Source: a virus. Taken from it: 40,041 nucleotides of DNA. The stretch lies in IMG/VR virus record IMGVR_UViG_3300045988_056052. One strand, 5' to 3'. Every line of letters begins with the position of its first letter. Positions within the stretch are counted from its first letter, which is position 1. The notes under the pieces were generated by a model. It made no database searches. It had not been told where the DNA came from and was given only the letters and a program-made list of their open reading frames with translations. Shown here piece after piece: positions 23,960 to 33,526 of the stretch. A program made the translations under genes and the position numbers.

Positions 23960-24175
23960 ATGATTGAAGCAACAAGAATAAAAACAAACGATAAGGATGG
24001 TTGTCAGGTAGAAGCAAGTGGAAGTATTGGTGATCTTATGATGGAGTATAAAGCAATAACGGAAGCTCTCTTCAAAACGGTCAGTAGAGAGGCTGGATTA
24101 GGACTCGCAGAGGAACTCTTTATGAAAGCAATAAGAATGACAATTGAGGGAGAGAAGAATGAACGATCCGTTTGA
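23960..24175 (+). CDS. Hypothetical early protein
   Basis: 71-aa ORF in the operon with no motif. Preceded by the direct repeat AAATTAGTCAA x2. Confidence 0.5.
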   Translation: MIEATRIKTNDKDGCQVEASGSIGDLMMEYKAITEALFKTVSREAGLGLAEELFMKAIRMTIEGEKNERSV

Positions 24176-24818
24176 AGTATTTGATTTTAAGGACGAAAAG
24201 GACTGGTTAAGTGGAAGAATGAACGGCATCGGTGGAAGCGATGCGAGCGCAGTGGTCGGGATGAATCCTTACAAGAGCAACATCAATCTGTTTGAAGAGA
24301 AGACTGGGAGAAGAATTCCGGAAGATATTTCTGGAAAATCCTGTGTGATCTATGGAAAATACGCAGAAGGACCAATCAGGGAATTGTTTAAGTTGGATTA
24401 TCCGGAATATGTGGTAGAGCATCATGAGTTCAGGATCCTGCGAAGCATCCAATATCCATTTATGCAGGCGTCACTGGATGGGGAGCTGACTGATCAGGAC
24501 GGCAGACGAGGAATTCTTGAGATCAAGACAACCAATATTTTGCAGAGTATGCAGAAAGAAAAGTGGAGAGACCGGATTCCGGATAATTATTACATACAAG
24601 TTCTGCATTACCTGCTGGTCACAGGATATGAGTTCGTTGAATTGTGTGCTCATCTGAGAACAGAATGGGGCGGAGAGAAGCGAACGACAGTGAAACATTA
24701 TCACATAGAAAGAGCAGAAGTTCAGAATGATCTGGATATGCTGCTTAGAGAAGAAACGAAGTTTTGGAATTATGTAGAGAGTGGCAGGAAGCCACCGCTC
24801 ATACTTCCAGAGATATAA
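24159..24818 (+). CDS. YqaJ-type (lambda Exo-like) recombination exonuclease
   Basis: MNDPFEVF...GIGGSDASAVVGMNPYKS is the YqaJ N-terminal signature. Located upstream of RecT. Confidence 0.85.
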   Translation: MNDPFEVFDFKDEKDWLSGRMNGIGGSDASAVVGMNPYKSNINLFEEKTGRRIPEDISGKSCVIYGKYAEGPIRELFKLDYPEYVVEHHEFRILRSIQYPFMQASLDGELTDQDGRRGILEIKTTNILQSMQKEKWRDRIPDNYYIQVLHYLLVTGYEFVELCAHLRTEWGGEKRTTVKHYHIERAEVQNDLDMLLREETKFWNYVESGRKPPLILPEI

Positions 24819-24835
24819 ATACAAGGAGGAACAAA

Positions 24836-25711
24836 ATGGAATTAAGAATTACTAATCCGGAAGAAAATGGATTTTTGAAAGAGATCCAGTGGAACCAAGA
24901 GGAAGTCAAATCATGGGTTGCTGCAAGAGTGCAGGATTATAAGACGATCGCATATACTGCAGATCAGGCGAAAGACATGAAGAGAGATCGTGCAGATCTT
25001 AATAAGTTAAAAGCTGCATTCGAAGACGAGAGAAAGCGTCTGAAGAAAGTGTGTATGGAACCGTATAACCGGTTTGAACAGCAGGTGAAAGAAATTACAG
25101 CACTGATTGATGAACCAATTCAGTTAATTGATTCTCAGCTGTCTGAAATCGAAGAGAGACGCAAGCAGCTGAAACAGAAAGAGATAGAAGAACTTTTTGA
25201 AACGATCGGATTTCAGGACTTCATTACGCTGGAAAGAATCATGGATCCGAAGTGGCTGAATGCAACGGTATCTCTTAACAAGATTGAAGAGCAGATGAAG
25301 AACTTGCTGTTTAGAGTCGGTACTGAAGTTTCTACGATCAATAGTCTTCCGGAGTTTAGCTTTGAAGCACTGGAGAATTACAAGAAGACGCTTGACTTAA
25401 ATATGGCCATTGCAGAAGGACAGAGACTTGCAGACATTCAGAAGCGGAAACAGCAGTATGAAGAAGAACAGAAACGTATTGCTGAAGAAAAAGCAAGACA
25501 GGAAGCAGAAGAACTTACAGCTAAGCAGCAGGAAGGTGATGAGACAGTCAAAGAAGCTACACCGGTTAATGAGACTGTTATTGTAAGAGAAGAGCCAGTT
25601 GCTGCAGACCTGATCCAGTTAGACTTCCGTGTATTCGGAACAAGAGAGCAGATCATGGCATTACGTAACTATATGATTGAGAATCAGATTAAATTTGGAA
25701 AGGTGGAATAA
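24836..25711 (+). CDS. DUF1351-family protein (recombination-module partner)
   Basis: SD AAGGAGG then ATG 24836. MELRITNPEENGFLKEIQWNQEEVKSWV...DRADLNKLKAAFEDERKRLKK is typical of DUF1351. Lies between Exo and RecT. Confidence 0.7.
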   Translation: MELRITNPEENGFLKEIQWNQEEVKSWVAARVQDYKTIAYTADQAKDMKRDRADLNKLKAAFEDERKRLKKVCMEPYNRFEQQVKEITALIDEPIQLIDSQLSEIEERRKQLKQKEIEELFETIGFQDFITLERIMDPKWLNATVSLNKIEEQMKNLLFRVGTEVSTINSLPEFSFEALENYKKTLDLNMAIAEGQRLADIQKRKQQYEEEQKRIAEEKARQEAEELTAKQQEGDETVKEATPVNETVIVREEPVAADLIQLDFRVFGTREQIMALRNYMIENQIKFGKVE

Positions 25712-25714
25712 AAG

Positions 25715-26629
25715 ATGGCAGTACAGAACAGTTTAGCAAACAGACAGACGAAAACAGGAATGGCTGCATACCTGACGCAGGATGCAGTAAAGAAACAGAT
25801 CAACAGTGTGGTTGGTGGAAAGAATGGGACAAGATTCATTTCCAGTATCGTATCAGCAGTTCAGACAACACCGGCTCTACAGGAGTGTACAAATCCAAGC
25901 ATCCTGTCAGCAGCATTACTCGGAGAAGCATTGAACCTTTCCCCGTCTCCACAGCTTGGCCAGTTCTATATGGTCCCGTTCGATAACAAGAAGAAAGGCT
26001 GCAAGGAAGCGCAGTTTCAGCTTGGCTATAAGGGATATATTCAGTTGGCAGAACGTTCCGGATACTACAAGAAATTAAATGTTCTTGCAATCAAGGAAGG
26101 GGAACTGATTCAGTATGATCCTCTGAATGAAGAAATCGAGGTGGAACTGATCGATGATGATGTGGTTCGCGAAGAGACTCCGGCAATGGGATATTATGCT
26201 ATGTTTGAGTATGAGAATGGGTTCCGTAAGACCATGTACTGGTCCAAGAAGAAAATGCTTGCACATGCGGAGAAGTATTCCCAGGCATTTAAGAGAAATG
26301 GTGGAGCAAAGTCCTTGGAGCTTCTGGAACAGGGGAAGATTCCAGAAAAGGAACTTTGGAAATATTCTTCCTTCTGGTTTAAAGATTTTGATGGAATGGC
26401 ATTGAAGACGATGCTACGTCAGCTGATCAGCAAATGGGGAATCATGAGCATCGATCTGCAGAATGCCATCGATAAGGATATGGCAGTCATCCATGAAGAT
26501 GGAACAACGGATTATGTTGAGACTCAGACAGAACAGGATAATGTTGTTGCCGATCAGGAGCTGCAGGAAGTAAAAGAAGAGAAAGAAACAGAGTCAGAAA
26601 GAAGCGTAGAGGATGAGTTTTTCAAATAA
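25715..26629 (+). CDS. recT: RecT-family single-strand annealing protein
   Basis: LLGEALNLSPSPQLGQFYMVPF...FQLGYKGYIQLAERSGYY is the RecT core pattern. Confidence 0.85.
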   Translation: MAVQNSLANRQTKTGMAAYLTQDAVKKQINSVVGGKNGTRFISSIVSAVQTTPALQECTNPSILSAALLGEALNLSPSPQLGQFYMVPFDNKKKGCKEAQFQLGYKGYIQLAERSGYYKKLNVLAIKEGELIQYDPLNEEIEVELIDDDVVREETPAMGYYAMFEYENGFRKTMYWSKKKMLAHAEKYSQAFKRNGGAKSLELLEQGKIPEKELWKYSSFWFKDFDGMALKTMLRQLISKWGIMSIDLQNAIDKDMAVIHEDGTTDYVETQTEQDNVVADQELQEVKEEKETESERSVEDEFFK

Positions 26630-26653
26630 TGATAAGACGAGAGGAGAAGTGTT

Positions 26654-27103
26654 ATGCAGCACATTAATTTAGAAACATTTGCAAATGGAGCATTTACCGC
26701 CCAGGTGAACCGGGCAATGGAAGAAGTCACAAAGAATATCCAGGATCCGAATACAGATGCAACAGTGGCAAGAAAAATCACTATAACAATTGGATTTAAA
26801 CCAAATCAGGAAAGAAACTTTGTTGCTACTGGTGTACAGACAAAAACAACGCTTGCGCCGGCACTCGGAGCAGTGACAGCGATTTCAATGGGAAAAGATA
26901 TCACAACCGGAGAGGTGGAAGCTGTTGAGATTGGAAATCAGATCCCGGGGCAGATGTCCCTCAATGACATGAATCAGGAACAGGAGGCTTCAACGGTTCA
27001 GATCATTGATGGAAAAGCCGTAGATACTGCAACCGGAGAAATCCTGGAATCAAAAGATACAGGAAACAAAGTAGTTGATTTAAGAAAAGCAAGAGAAGCA
27101 TAA
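26654..27103 (+). CDS. Conserved phage protein, unknown function
   Basis: 149-aa ORF with an SD, in the recombination/replication block. Confidence 0.6.
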   Translation: MQHINLETFANGAFTAQVNRAMEEVTKNIQDPNTDATVARKITITIGFKPNQERNFVATGVQTKTTLAPALGAVTAISMGKDITTGEVEAVEIGNQIPGQMSLNDMNQEQEASTVQIIDGKAVDTATGEILESKDTGNKVVDLRKAREA

Positions 27104-27116
27104 GGAGGAAGCAAAG

Positions 27117-27863
27117 ATGTTTGAGGGATTAAGAGATGCATTTGAATATGTAACAGGATTGAAAGAAGAGTCTATGAAACCAATTGTGGAGACAATAAAT
27201 GGAAAAATTTATTGCAATAAGAATCTTGTGAGATATGGCAAAGAGGATCTTGCGAGTTCGCTTGATGTAAATACACTTTCCGCAATGGTAGATTATATTA
27301 AGGGGATGCCGGAGGAGCTGAGAGAAAAGATGGTGTTACATATTATATCACCAACACATGTGAAGTTATTTTCTGGGCTTTTGGATGAAAAACGCCGTGA
27401 GTATCTGATTGAAAGTGTGGCAATTGTTAATGAATTTCAATTTGATAAGTACTATGATCAGGAACGTTTCCTGATTGAGCTTCAGGCAAACTTCGCAACG
27501 AATGAGGATCTTGAAACGCTCCTGCAGGTATCCGGGAATATTCAGGCAGGTACGACAGCTTCTTATTCGGATGATGGAATCTCACAGAAAACAACGATTA
27601 AATCCGGCGTACAGAGAGCAGATGTTATTGTTCCAAATCCGGTAAAACTGATTCCTTACCGTACGTTTCAGGAAGTAGAACAGCCCTCCAGCTTGTATGT
27701 GTTCCGTATCAGAGATGATGGTGGAGATCCGAAATTCAAGCTGGTAGAAGCTGATAATGGTTTATGGAAGAATGCAGCAATGAAAAAAATCAAAGAATAT
27801 TTTGAATATGAGCTTGCAGAGACACCGATCATGAAAGAAGGAAGATTAACCATTATCGCATAA
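27117..27863 (+). CDS. Conserved phage protein, unknown function
   Basis: 248-aa ORF with SD AAGGAGG. Confidence 0.6.
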   Translation: MFEGLRDAFEYVTGLKEESMKPIVETINGKIYCNKNLVRYGKEDLASSLDVNTLSAMVDYIKGMPEELREKMVLHIISPTHVKLFSGLLDEKRREYLIESVAIVNEFQFDKYYDQERFLIELQANFATNEDLETLLQVSGNIQAGTTASYSDDGISQKTTIKSGVQRADVIVPNPVKLIPYRTFQEVEQPSSLYVFRIRDDGGDPKFKLVEADNGLWKNAAMKKIKEYFEYELAETPIMKEGRLTIIA

Positions 27864-27976
27864 AAATGATATCTCCTTATAAATTGGATAAATGTCACAC
27901 ATGCAACTTGTAAAGGATGTTTCTCCTGTGCCGGATATTAGATGCGGTAATCCGGTACAGGAAGAAAGGGGAAGGA

Positions 27977-28417
27977 ATGAAATCAGTAACATTTCATGTT
28001 CCGGGCAAGCCACAAGGAAAGGCAAGAGCCCGAACGGTTTACAATAAAAGCGTAGGTCACTCGGTTAGTTATACACCAGAGAATGATCTGTTGTATGAGA
28101 ATCTGATTAAAGCAATGTATATCACTGCTGCCAAAGGAACTCGATTTGAAAAAGAGATCCCAATAGCTCTTCGAATCGTAGCAAGATTTGAACCACCGAA
28201 GAGTACTTCGAAAAAGAAACAGCAGCAGATGATTTCCGGAGAACTTCATGTTATGAAGAAGCCGGATATTGACAATATTGTAAAGGTTGTAGCGGATGCG
28301 CTGAATGGCGTGGCCTACAAAGATGATACTCAGATCGTATTTGTCGCTGCAAAGAAAGCATATTCAGCCGAGGAAGGATTGGATGTGATCGTGGAGGAAT
28401 ATAAAGCAACAGAATAA
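27977..28417 (+). CDS. rusA: RusA-family Holliday-junction resolvase
   Basis: ATG 27977: MKSVTFHVPGKPQGKARART...KPDIDNIVKVVADALNGVAYKDDTQI are the RusA motifs. Confidence 0.85.
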   Translation: MKSVTFHVPGKPQGKARARTVYNKSVGHSVSYTPENDLLYENLIKAMYITAAKGTRFEKEIPIALRIVARFEPPKSTSKKKQQQMISGELHVMKKPDIDNIVKVVADALNGVAYKDDTQIVFVAAKKAYSAEEGLDVIVEEYKATE

Positions 28418-28428
28418 ACAGGAAGGCG

Positions 28429-29274
28429 GTGGCAGCGTTGCCAAGACCAAAAAAGAATGGCCTAGACTACTTTCCACTTGATGTTGATTTCCTCGAAGAT
28501 CCCAAAATAAAGATACTGAAAGCCAGATATGGCAGAGACGGTATTGTATTATATATCTACCTGTTGTGTGAGATATATAAGCAGGGATATTACCTGCAGA
28601 TAGATGAAGATTTTGAATATATTATATCTGATGATCTAAAAATTGATCAGAACAAGGCGAAGCAGGTCTTGAACTTCTTGCTGTCACGGTCACTGTTTGA
28701 TAACACACTTTTTCAGTCGGACAAGGTCTTGACCTCTGCCGGAATACAGAAAAGATTTCAACTTGCAGTCAGAGAACGAGCAAGGAAAAATCCGATAGAA
28801 GTTGGAAGGTACTGGCTTTTAAAAAAAGAAGAAACAGAACCTTTTATTAAGTGTACCCATTTTAGTGATTTATCCGAGATAAAAGAGAGTTATTCCCGGA
28901 AAAACGATTGTAATTCCACGGAAAAATCCCTAAAGAAAAGTAAAGTAAAGAATATAGATAATATATTAGGATTCAGCCCGGAACTTGAACAGGCATTTCA
29001 AATGTATATTCTTGTCCGTTCTAATAATTATGGAGACATAATACCGGAACAGATCCAAGCACTTCGAGAGGATTTGATCCAATTGAGTGATTCAGAAGTT
29101 GAACGCATTGCTATTGTTAAGAAGGCAACAGCAGGAGGATGGAAATCATTTTATAAGACACCATGCAAGGAGAAGCAGAGCAGAACCAAGAAGGCAGCAG
29201 TTAAGGACAATAACAATTTTAAGAGAAGGCAGTATGATATGGATGATCTTGAGAATCGACTGTTGGGAAGGTAG
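28429..29274 (+). CDS. Replisome-organiser-like protein (DUF4373 / Lin1244-type N-terminal domain)
   Basis: GTG start. LPRPKKNGLDYFPLDVDFLEDPKIKILKARYGRDGIVLYIYLLCEIYK is typical of DUF4373. Confidence 0.7.
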   Translation: MAALPRPKKNGLDYFPLDVDFLEDPKIKILKARYGRDGIVLYIYLLCEIYKQGYYLQIDEDFEYIISDDLKIDQNKAKQVLNFLLSRSLFDNTLFQSDKVLTSAGIQKRFQLAVRERARKNPIEVGRYWLLKKEETEPFIKCTHFSDLSEIKESYSRKNDCNSTEKSLKKSKVKNIDNILGFSPELEQAFQMYILVRSNNYGDIIPEQIQALREDLIQLSDSEVERIAIVKKATAGGWKSFYKTPCKEKQSRTKKAAVKDNNNFKRRQYDMDDLENRLLGR

Positions 29275-29280
29275 AGAAGA

Positions 29281-29598
29281 ATGGGTGAAAGTAAAATAAG
29301 AAAATGTATTATCTGCGGACGGCTCATCACGGCATCAAGAAGATATGCATACTGCAGTGATGAGTGTGCAGGTTATGCTAGCAAAGAGCGTGCTAGAGCA
29401 AAAATGCGTGAAATACAAGAGGAACATAGAAAATTTATTACAGAGACCAGGCAAAAGAAAAATATGAAGAAGCCTGGAAGAAAATCGAAGCAGCATAAAA
29501 ATGAGCTCATAAGAATAGCTGTTGAGGCAAGAGAGCATGGAATGAGCTACGGTCGGTATGTTGGAATTTATGAATACCAGAAGGGGATGAAAATTTAA
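29281..29598 (+). CDS. Zinc-ribbon protein with a C-terminal HTH-like motif
   Basis: CIICGR...YCSDEC, then a basic linker and AREHGMSYGRYV. Confidence 0.55.
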   Translation: MGESKIRKCIICGRLITASRRYAYCSDECAGYASKERARAKMREIQEEHRKFITETRQKKNMKKPGRKSKQHKNELIRIAVEAREHGMSYGRYVGIYEYQKGMKI

Positions 29599-29599
29599 A

Positions 29600-30043
29600 A
29601 TGAGTAGAATGATGGACGCAGATAAATTTCTTTCCTGGCTGAGTGAGGTCGAGGGTGAGATCAGGAAAGAGAAGATGAAAGAATGTCAGCCGGATCGGTA
29701 TGATGACGGGTTGATGGCGGCAACAGGAACCATCAGGGAGTATGTTGAGAAGATGTGCAAGATCGACGAGGCTGACAAAGGACATGGCTGGATACCAGTG
29801 ACAGAAAGACTTCCGGAAGATGAAAGAGATGTACTACTCACACTTGAGTCAACGAACGGTAACGGATACAGAGAGTACAGTGTAGGATGTTACATCCAAG
29901 TGTTTGACGAGGACACAGAAAAGCACTGGCTTGATAGACAGTACGGATACCTTGAGTGGGATAGATACTCAAACGGACACGGTGGATGCTCACTGTACAG
30001 AGTTACAGCATGGATGCCGATTCCGAATCTGTACAAGGGATAA
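29600..30043 (+). CDS. DUF551-domain protein
   Basis: GWIPVTERLPEDERDVLL is the DUF551 signature. Confidence 0.65.
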   Translation: MSRMMDADKFLSWLSEVEGEIRKEKMKECQPDRYDDGLMAATGTIREYVEKMCKIDEADKGHGWIPVTERLPEDERDVLLTLESTNGNGYREYSVGCYIQVFDEDTEKHWLDRQYGYLEWDRYSNGHGGCSLYRVTAWMPIPNLYKG

Positions 30044-30161
30044 AGACCATGAACAGACAAGAAAAAGAGGATCAGGCGCAGATTGAGTACCTGAGACGAT
30101 GGAAAGAGAAGAAACAGAAGAGAAAGAATCTGTCAGAAAAACTGAGAAAGAGAGGCACGAA

Positions 30162-30719
30162 ATGAAATACAAAGTTGGAGACAAGGTAAAAGTTAGAAGT
30201 GACTTAAAAACATCGGTGTTGTATGGCAGTTTATACGCAGCTGCTGAAATGATAAAGAAAAAGATTGTAACGATTACATACGTGTATGATGGTTGCTACA
30301 AAGTTGTAGAAGATGACTATGCGTGGACAGATGAAATGCTTGAGGGATTAGTAGAGGACGAACTGACAGCGGAAGAAGCAATTATACTTAGAGGCGAAAT
30401 GTGTGAGGGAAGGAGTTGCAGTCGTTGCAAGCTGAGTGCCTATAACAATGGCACGGGTATTACCTGTAATGAATTAGCGGTAAAACATCCTGAACGATAT
30501 ATCGAAGTCCTCAAACAGTACAAGAAAGACCATGAAAAGAAAGAAATTGAAGTTGTGAAGAAAACCTGTTGCCTTGTAATAGACGAAAAAAGAACGATTG
30601 TTCACGAAGAGGAAATTGACAATCATGATTCTTGCGAGGAAGTGCTGAAAAGATATTGCGAAGAGCATGATGGAAAATTCTTTGCTATTGCGGAATGTAG
30701 ATATGAGGTAAAGGAGTAG
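30162..30719 (+). CDS. Hypothetical protein (start uncertain; the track ORF begins at 30099)
   Basis: ATG 30162 has SD AGAGAGG and is ATGA-coupled to a possible 38-aa basic ORF at 30049..30165. It contains CSRC and other Cys residues. Confidence 0.55.
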   Translation: MKYKVGDKVKVRSDLKTSVLYGSLYAAAEMIKKKIVTITYVYDGCYKVVEDDYAWTDEMLEGLVEDELTAEEAIILRGEMCEGRSCSRCKLSAYNNGTGITCNELAVKHPERYIEVLKQYKKDHEKKEIEVVKKTCCLVIDEKRTIVHEEEIDNHDSCEEVLKRYCEEHDGKFFAIAECRYEVKE

Positions 30720-30721
30720 GC

Positions 30722-30937
30722 GTGAATGTTGGAGAAAAGATAGATTACATGATTCAATGCTTACAGGTGGCGAAAGCTGAGTGTGAGTATTTGGACGAAT
30801 GGAATGCCAAAGACTGGGAGGATGACCGAGACATGCAATGGTTGTGTTCCAACAGACAGCCAAATAAGTCGCTGATTAAGGACAACCTTAGAAATGCAGC
30901 GAGAATGGGATTCCAGCTTGTGAATGAGGTGAAGTGA
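30722..30937 (+). CDS. Hypothetical protein
   Basis: 71-aa ORF with a GTG start and SD AAGGAG. Confidence 0.5.
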   Translation: MNVGEKIDYMIQCLQVAKAECEYLDEWNAKDWEDDRDMQWLCSNRQPNKSLIKDNLRNAARMGFQLVNEVK

Positions 30938-31095
30938 TGATGACGGTAAGAGAAGAACAGGTACTTTGCAAACTGCATGAATTTATCGATGCAAACGATA
31001 TTAATTGTGCAGAAGATGTGACGCAGCGAGATAGCATAAGTGAACAGTGCGTAGATCTTGTGGCAGAGTTGGTTGATACGCTTTGCTATAAATAA
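30937..31095 (+). CDS. Hypothetical small protein (52 aa)
   Basis: TGATG-coupled start: MMTVREEQVLCKLHEFIDANDINCAEDV... Too short for the ORF track. Confidence 0.4.
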   Translation: MMTVREEQVLCKLHEFIDANDINCAEDVTQRDSISEQCVDLVAELVDTLCYK

Positions 31096-31160
31096 CATTA
31101 AATTACAGAAAGGAGACGGAGCTCCGGCCGGGCAAAGATATATCGGCTCCTTTCGAGAAG

Positions 31161-32189
31161 ATGTATATACAAGAAGATGACTTGAAACTAAATGACTGGC
31201 AGTTCTCACAAAGAAAATATCTGCCATATGAAACAAAGCTACGGCTTACAGAAACCCGTATAAGAGAATGGCATTACAACTGGGAAGGGCAAGTGTATTT
31301 AAGCTATTCTGCTGGACTTGATAGCACAGTGCTACTACATATGATCCGAAAAATATTAGGAAATGATGTCCCGGCTGTATTCTCCAATACAGGTTTGGAA
31401 TTTCCGGAAATCGTGAGATTTGCAAGGAAAGCACCGGGAGAGTTTGTAGAGATATATCCGAGAGAAAAGGATGGAAAGAGGATTACATTTAAACAGGTCG
31501 TTGATCAATACGGATTCCCGCTTGTGTCGAAAGAAACGGCATTGAAAATACATAAGTTGCGACACGGGAACTTATCAGATCGGTATAGAAACTATCTGCT
31601 GAACGGGGACGAGCGTGGAAAGTTCGGAGTTTTGGCAAAAAAATGGAAGTTTCTGTTGGACGCAAAATTTGATACATCTGAGAAGTGCTGTCACATTATG
31701 AAGAAGAAACCATTTAAAGAATACGAAAAGCGCACCGGCAGAAAACCATATATCGGCACAACACAGGATGAGGGATTCATGCGAGCGCATCTATACGCAA
31801 GCACAGGATGTAATGTGTATGACGGGAAGAAAATTAAATCACAGCCGTTAGGATTTTGGAACAGACAGGATGTATTAAGATACGCGGTCGAAAATGATGT
31901 GGAAATATGCTCTGTGTACGGAGATATTAAGCAAGATCAGCAAGGCAACTATTATACGACAGGAGAACAACGAACAGGATGTATGTTCTGTGGATTCGGA
32001 GCGCACCTGGAAGAAGAGCCAAACAGATTCCAGAGAATGTCCATAACACATCCGAAATGTTATGAAATCTGCATGAACCTTGAAAACAACGGGGTGAAGT
32101 ATAAAGATGCGTTAGAAACATGCGGAATTGGTACAGAAACATGGGAGCAGATGGGGCAAATGGATATATTTGATTTTTTGGAGGTATAA
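31161..32189 (+). CDS. PAPS-reductase-family PP-loop ATPase (DndC/IbrA-like fold)
   Basis: VYLSYSAGLDSTVLLHMI is a PP-loop (SGGxDS-type). Also EKCCHIMKKKPF and a C-terminal Cys cluster, TGCMFCGFGAH. Confidence 0.75.
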   Translation: MYIQEDDLKLNDWQFSQRKYLPYETKLRLTETRIREWHYNWEGQVYLSYSAGLDSTVLLHMIRKILGNDVPAVFSNTGLEFPEIVRFARKAPGEFVEIYPREKDGKRITFKQVVDQYGFPLVSKETALKIHKLRHGNLSDRYRNYLLNGDERGKFGVLAKKWKFLLDAKFDTSEKCCHIMKKKPFKEYEKRTGRKPYIGTTQDEGFMRAHLYASTGCNVYDGKKIKSQPLGFWNRQDVLRYAVENDVEICSVYGDIKQDQQGNYYTTGEQRTGCMFCGFGAHLEEEPNRFQRMSITHPKCYEICMNLENNGVKYKDALETCGIGTETWEQMGQMDIFDFLEV

Positions 32190-32192
32190 AGA

Positions 32193-32588
32193 TTGCACAT
32201 TGAATTAAAAGAGATAGACAAAGACACATTGAAAGTTGGAGATGTAGTAGGAGTGGCGAGAGAAGTAAACTACGGATGGGTTTCATCATTCCGGCATAAA
32301 CTGATTTTTCCGGCACAAATCACAAGAATCACTCCAAAGCGAACCAAATTCTTTACGGATAAGTTTGGAGAACATGACAAAAGAGAAGTATTTTATGAGT
32401 GTGATAGTGAAGCTGAGAAAGAAACTTTTCTTGCTAAGGCATTTTATGCTATTAAAAACGGAATATTTGAGTTAACCGAATTGAAAAGAAATGATCGCAT
32501 CGGAAGAATCAGCGATGAAGATTTGCCGGAAGTAGCTGAACACATGGAAGCAATGATGAAGATTTTGAAAAAGTACAGAAAGGAATAA
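32193..32588 (+). CDS. Hypothetical protein between the two PP-loop genes (TTG start)
   Basis: 131-aa ORF starting 4 nt after the previous stop. No motif recognised. Confidence 0.5.
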   Translation: MHIELKEIDKDTLKVGDVVGVAREVNYGWVSSFRHKLIFPAQITRITPKRTKFFTDKFGEHDKREVFYECDSEAEKETFLAKAFYAIKNGIFELTELKRNDRIGRISDEDLPEVAEHMEAMMKILKKYRKE

Positions 32589-32740
32589 CGAATCCTCGGT
32601 AAACCGAGGTTGTATCAAGATTAGTATGGTGAATTGGTACATAAAGATTGACGGAGTGGCTGTGCCTAAATAAGCACTTAATAATGCATCCAAGCCGATT
32701 GTTAATCTATCCACGATACATGGATTTGTAGCGTGGTGTT

Positions 32741-33451
32741 ATGAAAGTATGTTGGTTTTCAACAGGAATAAGCAGTTTTGTAGCGTGTTATTTAGCAAAG
32801 GATGTAGACGAGATTATATATACTCATGTACCGGATCAGCATCCTGATTCTTTGAGATTTTTGCACGATTGCGAAAGGATATTGGGTAGAAAAATTACAA
32901 TCTTACAATCTGATAGATTTTCGTCAGTAGAGGATGTGATGAATCTCACTCACACAATGAACACTCCTTTTGGTGCTCCGTGCACAAGATATCTCAAAAA
33001 AGAAGTTAGGAAAAAATGGGAAAGAGAAAATCCTGACCATCACACTTATGTTTGGGGATTTGATGTAAACGAAGCAAAGAGAGCTGAAAACACTTGCAAA
33101 GCATTAAGCGACTACGATCATGAATTCCCACTTATAGAAAATGGACTCACGAAAGAAGAAGCTCACGGCATTGCGAACAAGCTCGGACTTAAAAGACCTA
33201 TTATGTATGACATGGGTTATCCGAATAATAACTGTATCGGCTGCGTTAAGGGCGGTATGGGATACTGGAACAAAATTAGAGTCGATTTTCCAGAAGTATT
33301 TGAACTTAGAGCGAAACAAGAACGTAAGTTAGGACGTAGCTGCATAAATGGTGTATTCCTGGATGAATTAGAACCAAACAGAGGAAACATTAATACAGAA
33401 GTCATGGAAGACTGCACAATAGCGTGTCAGCTTCTGACTTGGAATAAATAA
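32741..33451 (+). CDS. Second, divergent PAPS-reductase / adenine-nucleotide alpha-hydrolase-fold protein
   Basis: MKVCWFSTGISSFVACYL is a degenerate PP-loop (STGISS). LKRPIMYDMGYPNNNCIGCVKGG resembles the LY..GY.SIGC motif of the family. Confidence 0.6.
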   Translation: MKVCWFSTGISSFVACYLAKDVDEIIYTHVPDQHPDSLRFLHDCERILGRKITILQSDRFSSVEDVMNLTHTMNTPFGAPCTRYLKKEVRKKWERENPDHHTYVWGFDVNEAKRAENTCKALSDYDHEFPLIENGLTKEEAHGIANKLGLKRPIMYDMGYPNNNCIGCVKGGMGYWNKIRVDFPEVFELRAKQERKLGRSCINGVFLDELEPNRGNINTEVMEDCTIACQLLTWNK

Positions 33452-33465
33452 CAGTACCTTGACAA

Positions 33466-33494
33466 TTGAATATTGATGGTTGGAGTGGTATAAT
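33466..33494 (+). promoter_or_regulatory. Promoter of the AT-rich moron (TTGAAT-17 nt-TGgTATAAT, extended -10)
   Basis: TTGAAT at 33466-33471, TG at 33486-33487, TATAAT at 33489-33494. Confidence 0.55.
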
Positions 33495-33526
33495 TTCCGT
33501 ATTGAACATATCAAAAAGGAGAAATC

